This document shows, one piece after another, positions 35,744-49,960 of a DNA stretch of 64,000 nt. The DNA comes from Lama glama (lineage: Eukaryota). The DNA is taken from positions 24,554,001-24,618,000 of the forward strand of contig CM052816.1 of assembly GCA_028534125.1 (NCBI GenBank). The letters are read 5' to 3'. Below the pieces are notes generated by a model. The model had not been told where the DNA came from. It worked only from the letters and a program-made list of their open reading frames with translations, and searched no databases. The position numbers and the translations under genes are program-made. The first letter of the stretch is position 1. The number at the start of each line of letters is the position of its first letter.

Positions 35744-35855
35744 CTGGCTGGAAGATGAGGACTTTTTCCTTTCAATCTTAGAGTCATTTTTGCTTTCAGA
35801 TTTACAGTCGTTCTTCTCACTTACTAAAGAGACACCGTCAAAACTGGATTTCGAC
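35744..35855 (-). CDS. GRAMD2B: GRAMD2B exon 3 (112 bp): SKSSFDGVSLVSEKNDCKSESKNDSKIERKKSSSSSQ
   Basis: Acceptor tttctttcttcag, donor CAG|gtaatt; phase continues from exon 2. Confidence 0.95.
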
Positions 35856-37482
35856 CTGAAGAAAGAAAATCCAAGGAGTCTATAAGATGAATTTTTTTAC
35901 ACTACTCATTAATTTTATTGTAATAAATCTTGATTATTATACCAGCTCACAAGAAGTCCTGACATTCATTTTTCTCTACTAGACATTAACAGTCACTCCT
36001 AATAGTCTAAGGGCAATGACACAGCACGGGATTTAGGAGACGGGGGTGATGTCAGCAGGCTGTAATCTCAAACTGCAGAAACTGTAATTTATGGATGGGA
36101 GAAGTTATCAATGGAGTTGTGAAAGTAACTCTATCATCTCAAAAGTATTTTAAGCAGTATGAAGAGGAGTACTAGAGGCTGATTATTAAAATGGCAGCTA
36201 TAGTTCAATCAAAGACTCTTTGTTTCAGAATTCTAATAATATTTAACAAGTGTTAATTGAGTGGGGCATTGGGTTAAATGCCTTGGGGGGCACAAGAAGC
36301 CTGTGTGCACATCAAAAACATCTTTTTAAAAAGGCAGGGCATGATGCAGCACCGAAATAATATGCATCGTAGGCGTCAGGAGGAGGTATAGAGACAGTAA
36401 GTCTAATAGGACAGAAGAAAAGAGACAAACAGGACGATGTAGGTTTAATACACGGGGCCTAACTGGGTGAGCAGGAATTAGATGTGAGGAAAAGAGAGAC
36501 AGCATCCCAGAGTGGGAAAACAGAAGTGAAATCAAGATGAAAAAGAAGGACATGTTTGGAAACCTTTCTGTTGTTCTCATAAGGGCAGAGGGCAGGGCTC
36601 CAGGATTTCTTTCTAAAGTGATTCCATTCCTGGCTCTGTCTGAGTACAGTCTGCACATATTTTCAACCCTACAGTGAAACAGCCATTTCAGAGTGGAACG
36701 CAAGCACCGTTTTCAGACGTATGTACATGAACAAGGTTTTGATACAATTATGTAGATTTTTTTTTGTTCATTGAGGGGAAAATGGCACATGAAACCCATG
36801 ATTCCATAGCAGGATTCTTTAGGACAAGGCTCAGTTAAAAACAATATTTGGTTCACAGTGAATATAAGAAAAATCGTATGCAATTTGGGTGGTCTGTGCG
36901 TGTGACAGAGGGACAGAAATCAAGTTAGGGAGACTTTAGGCTCTGGTTTTCTCTGCTCTGAAAAGATGGACTACGCGATGTTCTCGGCCCCTGCCAGCCC
37001 CATCAGTTTGAGTCCACGATGCTCAAACCACAGGTGGAATACCTCTCATCAATTCAAGGCACATGGATTTGGATACAGCTACTGGCCCTTGAACCAATTC
37101 ACAGATATAAAATTCCTTTAGAACCCCAGAAGTTACTTTTAAAAAGATTACGAGTAAACATTTGTACTCTACTTGAAATTAAAGTTGTTTTTACAAATGT
37201 CAAATTACCTATTATTTATACTACTGACTAATTTGAATTTATCACCTCTATTGACTCAAATTAATAAATGTTAATGGTACAGTCAAGGCAACAATCAGAC
37301 CTTTGGAGAACTATGGACTGTAAGCCAGTGTGACAGAAGGGCAGCTGTGCCTTTGATGATTCCGAGAAGCACAAGCAGAAGGGGCCTTTCTGCACAGCAC
37401 TGGGCTCTGAGGTGGGGCTGGGTGCTTATTTGCACACAATGATTTCTTTGTGTCTTCTCAATGGTGTTAATCTTACTTCCTA

Positions 37483-37630
37483 CAGGTGATGATGATCAGG
37501 CCCGCAAGCCCAGTGCAGAATTTTTATTAAAAACTTTCCAGACAGCGAGAGCTGAGCATTAAACCAAGCACAGGGCTCTTTGCAGCTACAGAGATCACAC
37601 GCCGTGAAGTATAACAAGCATGCCCTGGCC
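37483..37630 (-). mobile_element. MER91-like hAT DNA transposon relic
   Basis: gcccagtgca...attaaaaactttccagacagcga...gagcattaaaccaagc.cagggc matches recalled MER91 antisense. Confidence 0.55.
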
Positions 37631-38712
37631 ATGATATGTGTACTGTTCTCATCCGTAGCCTGGGGAAGGTGGAGTTAAACCAGCCATGTTTTCAGAGTGC
37701 CTGCGGTAGCCAGTCCACAGTGGTGAAAGATACAAGAAACAACATGCTTGGTGAGTGAGGCAGGATGCTCTGACAGGAAACAGCTATAGAAAGAAAGGTT
37801 AAAAGTGAGATGTGTTGAAACAGGCATGCAGAAAAGATAGAGAATTGGGAGTGACAGTCGGAAAAGAAAATGCTGGGGGCCGAGTGCAGACTTACGCTTG
37901 GTCTTGGGTGAGGTATAGGTTTGGAGAGAAGATATGGGCTGAGTAGCCAGGAAGGAAGGGAAAAGCAGGAGTTATTTACTCATCCTTTAGAAAGGCCAAA
38001 AGATGTAGAAGGCAGCAGTTCTGACAGTTCTAATAAGAGGAGGAGAGCTAGCACCTTTCCACTAGGTGTAGATAAACGGCCACAGTTACCTATAATTGAT
38101 CCTTGGCTTAACCATTCTCTTTTAAGGGCAAAAAAAGCAACCTGAAGTTCCTACTTCTTCCTTCCATGTGAAAGACAGCACCTAACTAGTGCCCCTGAGT
38201 GTGATGGGAACCAGAGCTCCCCATCTCAAAACCGCCTGTCCCCTGACAGCCCCGTGGCCAAACTGAGTCTGTCTTCCAGCACACCCAGGCAGGGTTCCCC
38301 TCTGCTCTTTTCCTGGCTGCCAGGAAAGTGAGACAGCAGGTGTTCACACCCACAGGCTGGGCAGATACTCCAGCCCGGGCGGGCCGCATCAGCAACCCTG
38401 CCAGCCTCTCCAAGTGCTTTATAACTGCATGCCAGAGAGGGGGCCACCCTGGATTTACCACTTAGCAAAATCAGTGTTTTCAGAAAGGGGCAGAAATTCT
38501 GCAGAAGGCTGGGGCAGGAAAGTGCAGAGAGGCTGCTAGGAAGAGGTGAGAGAGGAAGGCAAGCACCAGGGCCCACTTCTTTCTCGGGGGTCTTATCTGC
38601 CTACAGGAGATCTTCATTCAACCACCGCCATAAAACCAGACACATCAGCTCCTGCAGCAACCCCACCTCCCCAGAGGCCAAAAGAACGGAGAGAGTCAGT
38701 GCGAGGACTCAC

Positions 38713-38832
38713 CGCAGGGAAATGATTCTCTTCTGGTCTTGGGACTCGGCCTCACTGGTCGGAGCAGGGGACTGGGCTGTTGGCGACCTGCAGACCTTCT
38801 TTTTCTCCTCCACACCATTCTCAGCCTCTGAG
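38713..38832 (-). CDS. GRAMD2B: GRAMD2B exon 2 (120 bp): SEAENGVEEKKKVCRSPTAQSPAPTSEAESQDQKRIISL(R)
   Basis: Acceptor ttttctcttctccag, donor CG|gtgagt; overlaps ORF-track entry 38709..38930. Confidence 0.95.
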
Positions 38833-39309
38833 CTGGAGAAGAGAAAACACTTCACCTTAAACATCCAGAGGAGGGAGAATGCAGAAACGATGAAGTAACC
38901 TTGCTTTCTGGAGAGAGGAATGATCTTCAACCCCCACGAGAGGCTGAAGTCAACTTGGGCAGCTGTGTCCTTTCCAACTCTCCATTCTCCCCTCCTCAGC
39001 TACTGCCCCCAGGGTAGGAGCTCCAGGGCAGGCCTGCTTCAGGAACACGTGCAGGTTTCAGTGTAGGTAAACGTCTGACTTTGTGGGGACTTGCTGTTCC
39101 CGGTTTGGCAGCCCGTGGGTCCTGCGCTGCCCAGCTCTGCCCTGCCCAGCCACCTGGGAGGTGGCAGATCACCTGGAGGCTGGGAGGGCCCCTACGCAGG
39201 GCTCACATGTGGCCTCCTGCCAGGTGTGAGCCTTCCTGCTCTGTTTGCACTTACGTCACTATTCACCTTTTGTTGTAGTTTTCCGGTCCCGGTTTGGGTG
39301 GCTGTCAAT

Positions 39310-39500
39310 TTCACCAAGCAGTTCTCTAAGCAATTTACAGTCTCTAATCCGTGCCACCACTCAGGCTAGCTGGGAATTTTTACCCCCCATTTCATAGATA
39401 TTCACTATCTGAGAGCCTCAGATTCCCTATCTTGCCCAAGTTGGCAGAACTAGTGTCCATCTGAGATGGGATTCAAACTCAGGTCTGTCCATCTGGGAGG
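39310..39500 (-). mobile_element. MIR SINE
   Basis: cccatttcatagat...cttgcccaag...ctgagatgggattcaaactcaggtctgtc. Confidence 0.6.
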
Positions 39501-42500
39501 CCTTTGTGTACACATCCATTCTCCTTTCTCCGCTGCCATCCAGCCATCCCCCCAACACTTTTGTCTCCATCAAGCCCCCTTATTAACTTTTCAGTGTGGG
39601 AGGAGAACCTTACTGATTTTTATTCTGCCTACAAGGTCTAGGACAATGCTGGTAGATAATTGTGCTCAACAGGCTTTTGGAAAACGAGGTCTGACTTGGT
39701 CAAAGAAGGAGTAAAAGAGATAGTAAGTCGAGAAGGTCCGCATGCTGAACCACGAATGAATGGAGGGTGGCCAGTGCGGTGGGCATAGAGGTGAGCTTCC
39801 TGAGTTTCAGGATCAGGGGAAACCGTTTCCATTACGGGAAGAGAGGAAGGAATGTGGTAAGGGACAACACAAGGTGTTACGCACAGATCAGGCCATCTCT
39901 GATGTCAGCCTGCACAGCGGAGGACTCACAAGACATACTTCTAGAATGTGAGAACTCCACGGTGGCTAGGCACAAAGGAAGACGGCACTGCTGTGACACT
40001 GTAGCTAATTCTAATCCTAACTTACCACCCCTTTGGCGTTCTCACTTGCAAACGACTGCACAGGCAGGAAATGTTATTGGTCGCTTGAACCTTTGTGGTT
40101 GCTTGCTTACCACTTCTCACAGCACATGAAGATTCCAGCTCGCATAGGAGTCCTATTGTAATGTCAAAATCAAGACCAAGTGCATCTGACAAGGTATCTG
40201 AGTAATAATCTCTACAAATGGTTGATGCTCTCATTTTATAGTGAGCATTTCTCTTTTCCTAAGTAGGTAAACATCTGACGACATGGGCTCAACCTTCTAC
40301 TTCTTTAATTCTTTTAAAGCACTTATGTACAATAAAAGGGCTCAGTCCATAACTGAGTTGCATTATGTGACAGAAAGTACATGGGAAGCCTTGAAATATT
40401 GCTTGGGTTAAAATAGATGATTTCATTTTAATTTAGCATCAAGTTTAATAACTTATGGACTCGAAAAAATTTAGAACTGTTAGCGGCCCTTCAAGCCATC
40501 TCTGCCTTTTCTAACCTCCACCCCCACCACACACACACATTACTCCTATTCTTCAAAAGTGTAAGAAATCCACTTCAGAGTCCCTCTTTAAGTAGAGAGA
40601 TGAAGTGTGTGTGGAACTTCAGTAATCCACCTCTGCATTGACTCAAACATTTACTGAATTCCATGCAGGGCCAGATTAAGACTCGGAGGCAGGGAGGTAG
40701 CAGTCCTGTATGGCACTTCTGTGTACTCACAGAGCCACTCCTGCCTAGGACTCTTCAAAGGTGCTCTCTGCCTGGATGCAGCTCTGCTGATGCACAGCTT
40801 GGCAGAGAAACGGTGCCCCTAGCTCTGGGCAGAAAGAGCCCAGCACCAAGGTGCCAAGGAAGCGCAGCAGCTGAATTTCAGCCCGTCTGTGCCCTGCCCT
40901 CCCTGTGCAGGGCAGGGCACTGTGCCTTCAGCACGTGGTGGTCCTGATTCAGGGCCCCTAGCTTTGCATTGACTGGATTGCAGAGCTCGCCTCTATGCCA
41001 ACCCACCCAATCAGTGTCATTTAATGACAGAGTATCAGGTGTCCTCAGGTTAAAATGACTTCTTTTTAGAGAGTCTCCACCCCTCTTTTCCCTGAACAGG
41101 CTCCTCCTCTGAAGGCCTCCCCAGCGAGCACAAGCTCAAGCTCCACAGAGCCTTCCATCCCAGTCACCTGGGCCCTGCTGCTGCTGGCTTTACAACTCAC
41201 CCGCCCCCTCATCAATTAACACCTCGCACTGTTAACTTTTTTCTCCCAATTGCCTTATCAATACACCTACAAGACTGAGATCCTTAAAAGCAAGGAACTT
41301 TTTTTTTTTTGCTGCACTCAGCTTAGCATCTTGCTCATTGTCGTCATTTATAAGTGTTGACTGATGTGGCATTAATTCTGGAGCTTCTCAAAGCGGAAGC
41401 GAAATTCATCTATGAGTCAATTCAATTTCAGGTTTTTGTGTAAAGACACCATGGAAACTCAGGCAAGTTCATTCCTGACACAGGCATGATTCCTGGAGGC
41501 ACCCCTGACTGCGCAGGTCTTGTCAGCAGCAAACTGAAAGTATGCAGAATCCAAACAGCAGAGACTTTCGCCTGTGTTTGAGTGAGGAGAGCGTGGGAGG
41601 GGAAATGGGCCGCTTCCTCAAGGCCTCTCAGTAACTTTAAAGTTACCGTCAGTGAAGCTGAACTCCCACTGACAAGGCAGAGGAAATAACAGATCTCACT
41701 TAAGTCATGAAAATAAAAAATTCAGTTGCTATTTTTTTTAAAACAAGAGGATAAAGCCCTTTCAGGGACACCAACTCCAAGAGTCAACTAAACAAACCAA
41801 ACCAGTCCTCTTCTTTCAACAAATGTTTACTGAAGGGTCCCTGCTGGCCAGGAGGATGCTCAGAGCCAGGCGGGCAAGACAGATAAATGAGTGGCAGTTT
41901 TAAGTATCCACAGAAGCAGCAGCAGATGCTGGGAACACGGGATCAACCTTCACTTGGCTTTGGCGGGTTATTTCTTCTCCCATCTCCAGCTCAATTTAAG
42001 CCAGTTATGGGCCCTGAAAACTTCTCAGCAGGAGTTTCAGAGCAGTGAGACAGACAGAAACGCTTACACCAACCAAGCCTGACTTCACCTACCAGGGGAC
42101 ACTTTTATTACCAGCTAGGAAGCGCTGGCTTCACTGAGACACTGCCACACAATGTTACACAGCCTATAAATAAAAAACCAGGTTGGACAGGCCCTATCAA
42201 CAGTCCAATATTCGTCACCTCCTTAGACCTTATCAGACTGACGACGACTTGATTGAGATTTCATAGTTTTTCAGAATTAGAATTTTTACACGGTGTCAAC
42301 GATCATTCCTCCTGGAAAGAGTCACTCTGGGTTTTAAGTAAACGCTGCACTCCTTTCTCTTGTCATATCAATCTCCTAGGCCCTTTACCTCTCCTGCTGA
42401 GAATGTGTTGGATTCCGGAATCATCACATGTAAGTGATGATTAAGTTCTGTCTCAGGTGAGTGACTAAGCTGTTATCTCAGGTAAATGCAAACAAATGTC

Positions 42501-43194
42501 TCACTGTGGATCAGTCTAGGAAGCTGTGTTCCTTCCTAATTACAGAGATAAATCTATGTTTGTCTACCTTCAAGTTAAATTAGTCTAAGCTTAGGCAGAA
42601 AAAATGTCACTGACCTCCCTTATGATAGTACAGGTGAGATAATTTTATACCCACTATCATTTATAAAACTCCCTGATGATCAAAACCACAGTCTTGACCA
42701 ACAAAGGTTACAAAGTGACCTGTAGATAGGCTATGTTTCACCAGAGGATCTCCAGAAGATCAAATCCTGGAAACAGGATGGTCATGATTGAGATCAGGTC
42801 TGTGAGACTACAGTATTGCTGAAACCGTGTCCTGAAAACCAGGCTTCACCTGGACTCGCCAAGACCTGGGGCCTCACAGACTCTTGTTTTTGATGTGGGG
42901 CCTGCTCGATGGCTCACACACAGGGGTGGCTGGCAAAGAAGGGTGACAATACTTGGGAAGCAAAAAAATGGGCTACAGGGACAGAGGAGGGCCTTGGGGA
43001 CTGCTGGACAGCAGCCATAGTGCAAACAAACATCACAGAAGGTGCAGGAGTTGGTGACGGAGACCAGGACCTCTCCAAGGCCCCCCAGCCTCTCCAACAG
43101 CAAAGTAAATGCAATCTCCCAAACTAGACTTTAAGTCAGGAAGAAGTCTTTCATTTACAGTTCTGATATAAGTATATCTTTTTCTGGAAACTTT

Positions 43195-43869
43195 CTTTTT
43201 TAAATTGAAGTATAGTCAGTTTACAGTGTGTCCATTTCCGGTGTACAGCATAATGTTTTAGTCATACATATACATACATATATTCCTTTTCGCATTCTTT
43301 TTCATTATAGGTTACTAAAAGATATTGAATATCTGTGCTATACAGTATAAACTTATTTATCTATTATATACATATATTAGTTAGTGTCTACAAATCTCAA
43401 ACTCCCAATTTATCACTTTAGTTCCCGTTCCCCCCTCTGGTAACCATAAGTTTGTGTTCTATGTCGGTGAGTCTGTTTCTGTTTTGTATTTACAAAGTTC
43501 ATTTGTGTCTTTTTAAAAAAATTCCTCATATGAGTGATACATGGTATTTTGCTTTCTCTTTTGGCTTATTTCACTTCCAATGACAATCTCCAGGTCCATC
43601 CATGTTGCTGCAAATGGCATTACTTTATTCTTTTTTATGGCTGAGTAGTATTTCATTGTATAAATATACCACCTCTTCTTTATCCAGTCATCTGTTGATG
43701 GGCATTTAGGCTGCTTCCATGTCTTGGCTATTGTAAATAGTGCTGCTGTGAACATTGGGGTGCATGTATCTTTTCAAGTTAGAGTTCTCTCCATACATAT
43801 GCCCAGGAGTGGGATGATTGCTGGACCATATGGTAAGTCTATTTTTAGTTTTCTGAGGAATTTCCATAC
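43195..43869 (-). mobile_element. Young L1 3' end (cetartiodactyl type)
   Basis: ORF 43513..43755 MFTAALFTIAKTWKQPKCPSTDDWIKK is the L1 ORF2p C-terminus; T tail at about 43195. Confidence 0.92.
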
Positions 43870-43979
43870 TGGAAGTTCTAGAAGCTTTAAGTTATATTTA
43901 TTTCTGAATAGGTGCTAGAAGCACAGGAACGCAATTCAAAAACAAATCTCCCCTCTAACCCCGTTTTATGGTGGCCCTA

Positions 43980-44350
43980 TTTCTCTCCAGAGGCACCTTC
44001 ATAGCATGCTATTCCACACCCTGCTTTTTTCCCCTCACTTAACAGTATCTTGGTGCTCTTTCCTTATTAGTCCACACAGAGCTTACTCATTCTTTTTAAT
44101 GACTGCATAGAGTTCCACTGTAGTAGCTGAATTATAATTTAACCAGTTCCTTATTGATGGGCATTTAGGTGATTTCAGTCATATCACAAATAAAGACAAT
44201 ACCACAAAAAATGTCCTTGTATGTTTACTATGTGTGAATATATGCAGAGGATAATTTCCTGGAAGTGGAACTGCTGTGTTAAAATGTACACAATTTAAAA
44301 AACTTACAGTCATTGCCAAACTGCCCTCCATAGAGGTAGGCCACAGACTT
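43980..44350 (-). mobile_element. Old L1 (L1ME-like) 3' fragment
   Basis: ctcattctttttaatgactgcatag...tttaaccagttccttattgatgggcatttaggt. Confidence 0.65.
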
Positions 44351-47300
44351 ATAATACATAGCAGTGTTCACACATTCTAATCAAAGTTTTACACTTAAGA
44401 AAAAAATTCAAAGTGCCTAGCAGAGTACTAGCCTATGAAGAAAAATTATCAGAAGGGTTTTCAATTTAAAAACTGAGTAACTGAGCTGCAGAAAATCAAG
44501 GTACCTAGTATGGGGCATAGAACCCCAGGGTAAATCCCTTCTTTACCTTCTATTTTGAATAAAGTGGTCCCAAGCTAAGTACCTACTTCCTATCCATGTT
44601 CTTCCAAAGCTCCTCTAGTCCTTTAATTTTTTTCCCCAGTCCCGCATTCTTAAATGTCAAATGACAACAAAGGATTGGCAGACCCTTGAAGAAAATCTTT
44701 AAAGAAAAGACTAAGATAAACCAACAAGAAAATAAAACCCTTAGAAAACTGACTTCAGAGAACCGAAGAAAACTTGAAATAAACAAGCCAACAAGAAAAA
44801 ACAAAAAACAAAAAAAACCAAACCTTCTAGTTAATATCTTCAGAGAGAGAGGACAGAATTCATAAAATAGATCACAATATTATGGAAAAGGGAACCTTCC
44901 TGACTCCTCAGGGCTCTCAGAATCCAAGTTCTTACCAGCCTCAGAGGCACCTCATACCTGCCCTGTCCACCCTCCTGTTCTCTCCAGTCCCTTCTCCTCA
45001 CTCCCGACTGCCACAAGAAGATCTGGTCACTAGTTATTCCCTCTGCCTGGCGCCACGTGGCTTCCCCCTCTCTTTACTCAAGTGTCATCTTCTCAATGAG
45101 ACCTATTTATTTAACCAAAGTGCTGGAAAATAGCATCAAGATACAGAAATTCAAAAAGAAAAAAAAAAAGAAAAAGTAAGAGGAAGAAAGAAGACATGTT
45201 TAAGACAGGCACTTCCATATCCAATGAACAGGAATCCTAAACAGAAAAAAAGATGAAATAAGGGCAGAGGTTACTAATTTTTTATTCTAAAAAGTTGGGA
45301 GTCAAATTAATTTAAAAGAGCTTTAGGTGGATGTATTGTTTAAAGATGAAAATAGGAAGCAGAGAGAATGATGTGCCTATTTGAAACTGGGAGCAGGAAG
45401 AGGTGGAAGCAGAGAGGTAATATAAGTGAGTTGACTCTTATGTTCCATCAAAACAGGAAGTTGAGAGATAATATGTAGAATTAGCAAGAAAGAGCAAAAT
45501 ACATACATTTTGTAGATAATGAAGTAACCACCACCACTAAAATCAGGCATAGTTAAAACTACTGAAGGTGGCAAGGGGAGCTGATGAAAAACCTAGCAGT
45601 CTGGTTTTCCCTGGAGTAAGGCAGCAGAAAGAAACACATTAGGGTTGTTGTGAAGTTTGATTCCCAATGAGAAAGCGCTGCTTTTAGACTTCATCTGGTT
45701 GGCAGTAAGGATTCACTGAAGATTTTTAGACAGAAGGAATGAAACGACGAAGACGAGCTATTAAGTGGCCACCTTCTCCCCCTGCACACACCATGGGAGG
45801 CTGGATGAGACACGTAGACACGTGCTTCTGGAGGATTATACTGGCATTGGTGTACAAGAATGAGGATGGGCAGGGGTGGAGGCTGGAGATAGTGAGAACA
45901 TGGAAAGGCAGATGGGGGAGGAGTCTGAAGGCAAGAAACAGAGACCACAGTGGAGAGATAAAATTCAGAGGTAACACCAGAATGAGTTAGAGAGCAATCA
46001 GTGGAGAGGAACAGCCAAGATAACCCAAAGGTTATCTGGGGAAAGGAGACGACTAGCACCACCATGAGAAGTTACAGGGAACACACGAGGTAATGTAGTT
46101 TGGGGGGAGGGATTTTGCAAATCTCGTTTGAGATATAATAGACATACTGTTAGCAGGTTAGAAACTGTATCTAAAAAAGAGAAGAGCCCAAAAGAACAAC
46201 AAAAAGAGATACTGACTTCGCAGAGGAAGGGTTCTGCCAGTTGGAAGCGATTTCGGTTAAGTCCCGAGCACACTGCATGGCAGACAAGAGTACCTAGATC
46301 TCAGCTGCAGCACCAGGGCTGGAGCGATGGCTTAGCACAGGCCACCCACTGGCCCCAACGTGCCTCTTTAACCTGGTCTCATGAGCAGACATGTGATTCA
46401 CTCCCACCTTTATGTCGACTCCCAATTCTGTTTTCCTAAATTCTTGCTTTTCTTTCAAAGCCTAAGGCAACTCACAGAACTCCAAAAAGTGTTTAAAGTT
46501 CAGGAATTTTGATTCTGAAGGGATAGAACCCCAATTCAAACTAGCTTATGGTTAAAAAAAAAAAAAACACCCACAAGGGCTTCTGTCACTGCTTTAAGAT
46601 GAAGTCAACAGCGGAGAATAGCTGCAGCTGCAGATGTGTCCCCTCAACCTCGGGAACATGCAGTGGCGATCTCCAGGGTCCCCCTCTCCAAGTCTTCTGG
46701 GACATCAATGCCCGATTCATCCTCCTTAGACACCGCTCCCATTATGTCCTGCCCCTGCTCCAGATCCAACAATGGCTTTCTATTCAGCATCAGAATGAGG
46801 CATCTGGGTATGAGCCAAGACCCTCCAGAGTTCTGCAGTCTCCCTCTACTTTTCAAAAGTAATTCTCCATTCCAGCCATGTTGGTCTTCTCACCATTGCT
46901 CGGCTTGCGTCATGCTCCATCCTCCCTCTGGGCATGGCTCTTGGTTCTTCTAGCCTGGACTCTCCTCTCTGCTCTATCCTATTTACTCATAACTATCCAT
47001 TGTTCTAAGCCCAGGACATGTCCAGTTATACACCATCTTAATATTGGCCCCCATCTCTATTTCCAATATCTGGTTATAAGAAATCATGCAATTCATACTT
47101 CTTGATTGGGCAACTTTGAGTTACCTGCAGTTCAGAACAATAATCAGCATTTGAAAAAGGGCTTGGGCTTAAATTTTATCTCAAGACCTATGTCGTAAAC
47201 TCCTTCCCAAGTGTGACTGACAAGTTCTGTTGAAAGAGGGTCATGCTGAAGGTGGAAGGGGGGAAAAAGGCTATCTTTTCACTTTCCCTTTCACTGAGTC

Positions 47301-49809
47301 AGCACTGTGTGCAATCTTCTCAAACTGATCATTAGTTAGATGAAAAATAATTTGAAATTATATGGAAACTTGACTCGACTGTCTTCACTGTTGGAAGAAA
47401 CAACAATCGAAAGCAAAATCATAATCAAATTAAGTAACTTCTCAGCAGTGGTATTTTGAGGCCAAGCATGGTTGACAAACAACAAAGGAAAATGACAAGG
47501 AAATACATCAAGGAGACAGCAATTGACTTTTCCAATTTCCAGGAAAGGTAGACTGATGCTGCTGATAGTTCCTTTTTGTTATTTACACCCTTAGCACATA
47601 AAGAGGATTTTGTACAGTGCATTGCTCAGTGCTCACAAAGTTTCTAAAAACATATATTTAATATATCTCCTTCAAACTAGTCATCTTCTGGGGGAAACAA
47701 CTTTAAACATTTTTTGTATTTCTGTCTCTACTCTTTTTTGAAGTTGTTCTTCCACCAGCAACTGCTGAATGTCAGAATAAGCCACTTTTCATACATCTAA
47801 GATATGTTAGAGGGAATGTGTTTAATTAAGGCTTTTGCCAGAAGGAAGTGTTTGGGGGAAGAACTGTATTTTAAAAGTGTAATGAGAAACTTACCAAAAC
47901 AGACAGATAAGAATGCAAAAGGCTAGGGCATGAAATCCAGGAAAATTTTTTTAGAGAATGTACAACATGAACAAATCTTCAGCTATTACGGCAAATATTC
48001 AACATATCATAAACATTCAGTAAGACTGAAAACTACCTCAGGTACTTAAGACTAAGCACATACTGACCCCATTAAAACCCAGAATCAAACAATGTCAAGA
48101 CCTTCAGTTTGGATTTTTCAGAAGTAAGTGGAGTCCATTGCACAGAATATCCACTTGGAACCCCATTTTAAAGGACCAGAGGACCAAGAATAGAACAAAA
48201 TTGAGAATTTGAGGATTTCGGGCAAAAGTCGTAAAATTTTACTGTATTCAAATAAGGGGAAAGGAAAGAACAAGTAACCTGCATATTGGGTAATGCCAGT
48301 AAGAAGGTATCAGGAGCCTAAGAACCTGAGAGGTGAGTAGAATTACAAGGAGCCGAGTGCCTGAGGTGCAGTAGTTGCAGCTGCAAGGATGAGGGTGTAG
48401 CTGAGCAGAGGAGTTCTGGGTTTTTGCGAGATTCCCAGGACCCTGCCATGGTCTCCTGAGATGAGGCTCAGCTTTAGGAAAGTGATACCCCTGAAAAAAT
48501 TACTGTGTCTTTTCTGCTAGATGGGTACTGGAAGAGAGTCATGTCAGGGAGACCCAAATTAGGGGTACTCGTTTAGGAAAGAGAAGGAATGAGGACCAGG
48601 TGGTAAATGACAAAATGAAAAGGGAGGAGGGAGAGACACCCCAAAGGGAGTCAGTCCTGGTAAACTTCATGGGCAGAAGAGTTTTTCATGTTCACAGAAA
48701 TTCCTTTTGAGTTAGACTTCCTCTCTCTTGTTACCATACCTACGGGAATAACTTTTGTTTGGAGAGAGAGAGAGGATGTATCATACCAGAAATACATGTA
48801 CTTAGCCAGAAGGGAATATTTTACCTATTAATAGCACAGTAACATTTAAGGTTAAAAAAAGAATAAAAGAAACCCAGGGCCATTAGAAGCCGACTTGGGA
48901 AGAGAGAAACGTTTGCTTTTGTTTTGAGGAGCCCGGTCCCCGTGGAGACAAGCTGCTACTTTGGCCCTTTGCTGTTGCAGGAGGCGTTTGGACATGAAGC
49001 ATCGGAGATCTGAGCTGTCTCCCATCACCCTGGCTGTCATCTGTGATGACTAAAGTGCTTTCTTTCCTTATACCCTTCCCTTCCTGGAATTCTGTCTTTC
49101 TGTTCCATGTAGGGGGAAAAAAAGATCAAACGATAGAGAGCTGAAAGACAGAGGTACGTGGGCACTACAGCAGAGTTAAAGTTGCCACTAAGGTCCAAAA
49201 TAGCACCAGAGACCACTCCAGAAACGTGTCTCTCCTCTGCTGCCCCCCACTGAGACTCAGCAGTACCCCTTCCTCACCCTCCTGTATTCTGATCTCATGC
49301 CTCAGAATGGCCTGTGGATGAGGACAGCTCAGGGTGTGCCACATAGGAATTTCCCAGAAGTCAGCTTCCTATCTTGGCTACATCATCCCCAGTGATCAAA
49401 ATGCATGAGACGTTATGGATACCACTGGCTCACATGAAAATTCTCTTTGTTTAAATGCGATGTAGTGTTACTGAAACTCAGGTTCCCTTTCAAATGAAAC
49501 ATTAATGGGACTTAATTTCTAGAGAATAAAGATACTGTCACTTTCTAAAAATGGGATAACTCTACCTTAGAGAGAACAGTTTGCTATAAAAGGATCTCAT
49601 TTAACCAAAACACTTCCAAACGAAAGGTACTTAAGGAAAGAACAGTTCATACTGTCCTATGGCAGAAAATAAAGGAGTTTAGGTATTTCAAGTTGTAAGG
49701 TCCCAAAGTGTTAATGTACCCTAATTATGAAAGTAAACCTATTAATTGTCTCTTAGATATATTTGTTTTTCCCTGGAATTCATCACTGTGTTTTGTACAT
49801 ATTAGTGTC

Positions 49810-49960
49810 AATGATATGGAATTATTCTATAATTATATATCATATATGATATAAATTATATTTAATGCATCAGAATATTATTTATACCAAAATATCATGG
49901 ATATCATATATGAGCTATTATTATATATAGTTGGTATTACATGTGTCAAAATATGGAATA
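49810..49960. repeat. AT-rich low-complexity tract
   Basis: tatatcatatatgatata-type degenerate repeats. Confidence 0.6.

Noticed and set aside
48852..49040. Possible alternative GRAMD2B first coding exon (MSKRLLQQQRAK...)
   Set aside because: No convincing donor in the required phase and no similarity to the recalled N-terminus
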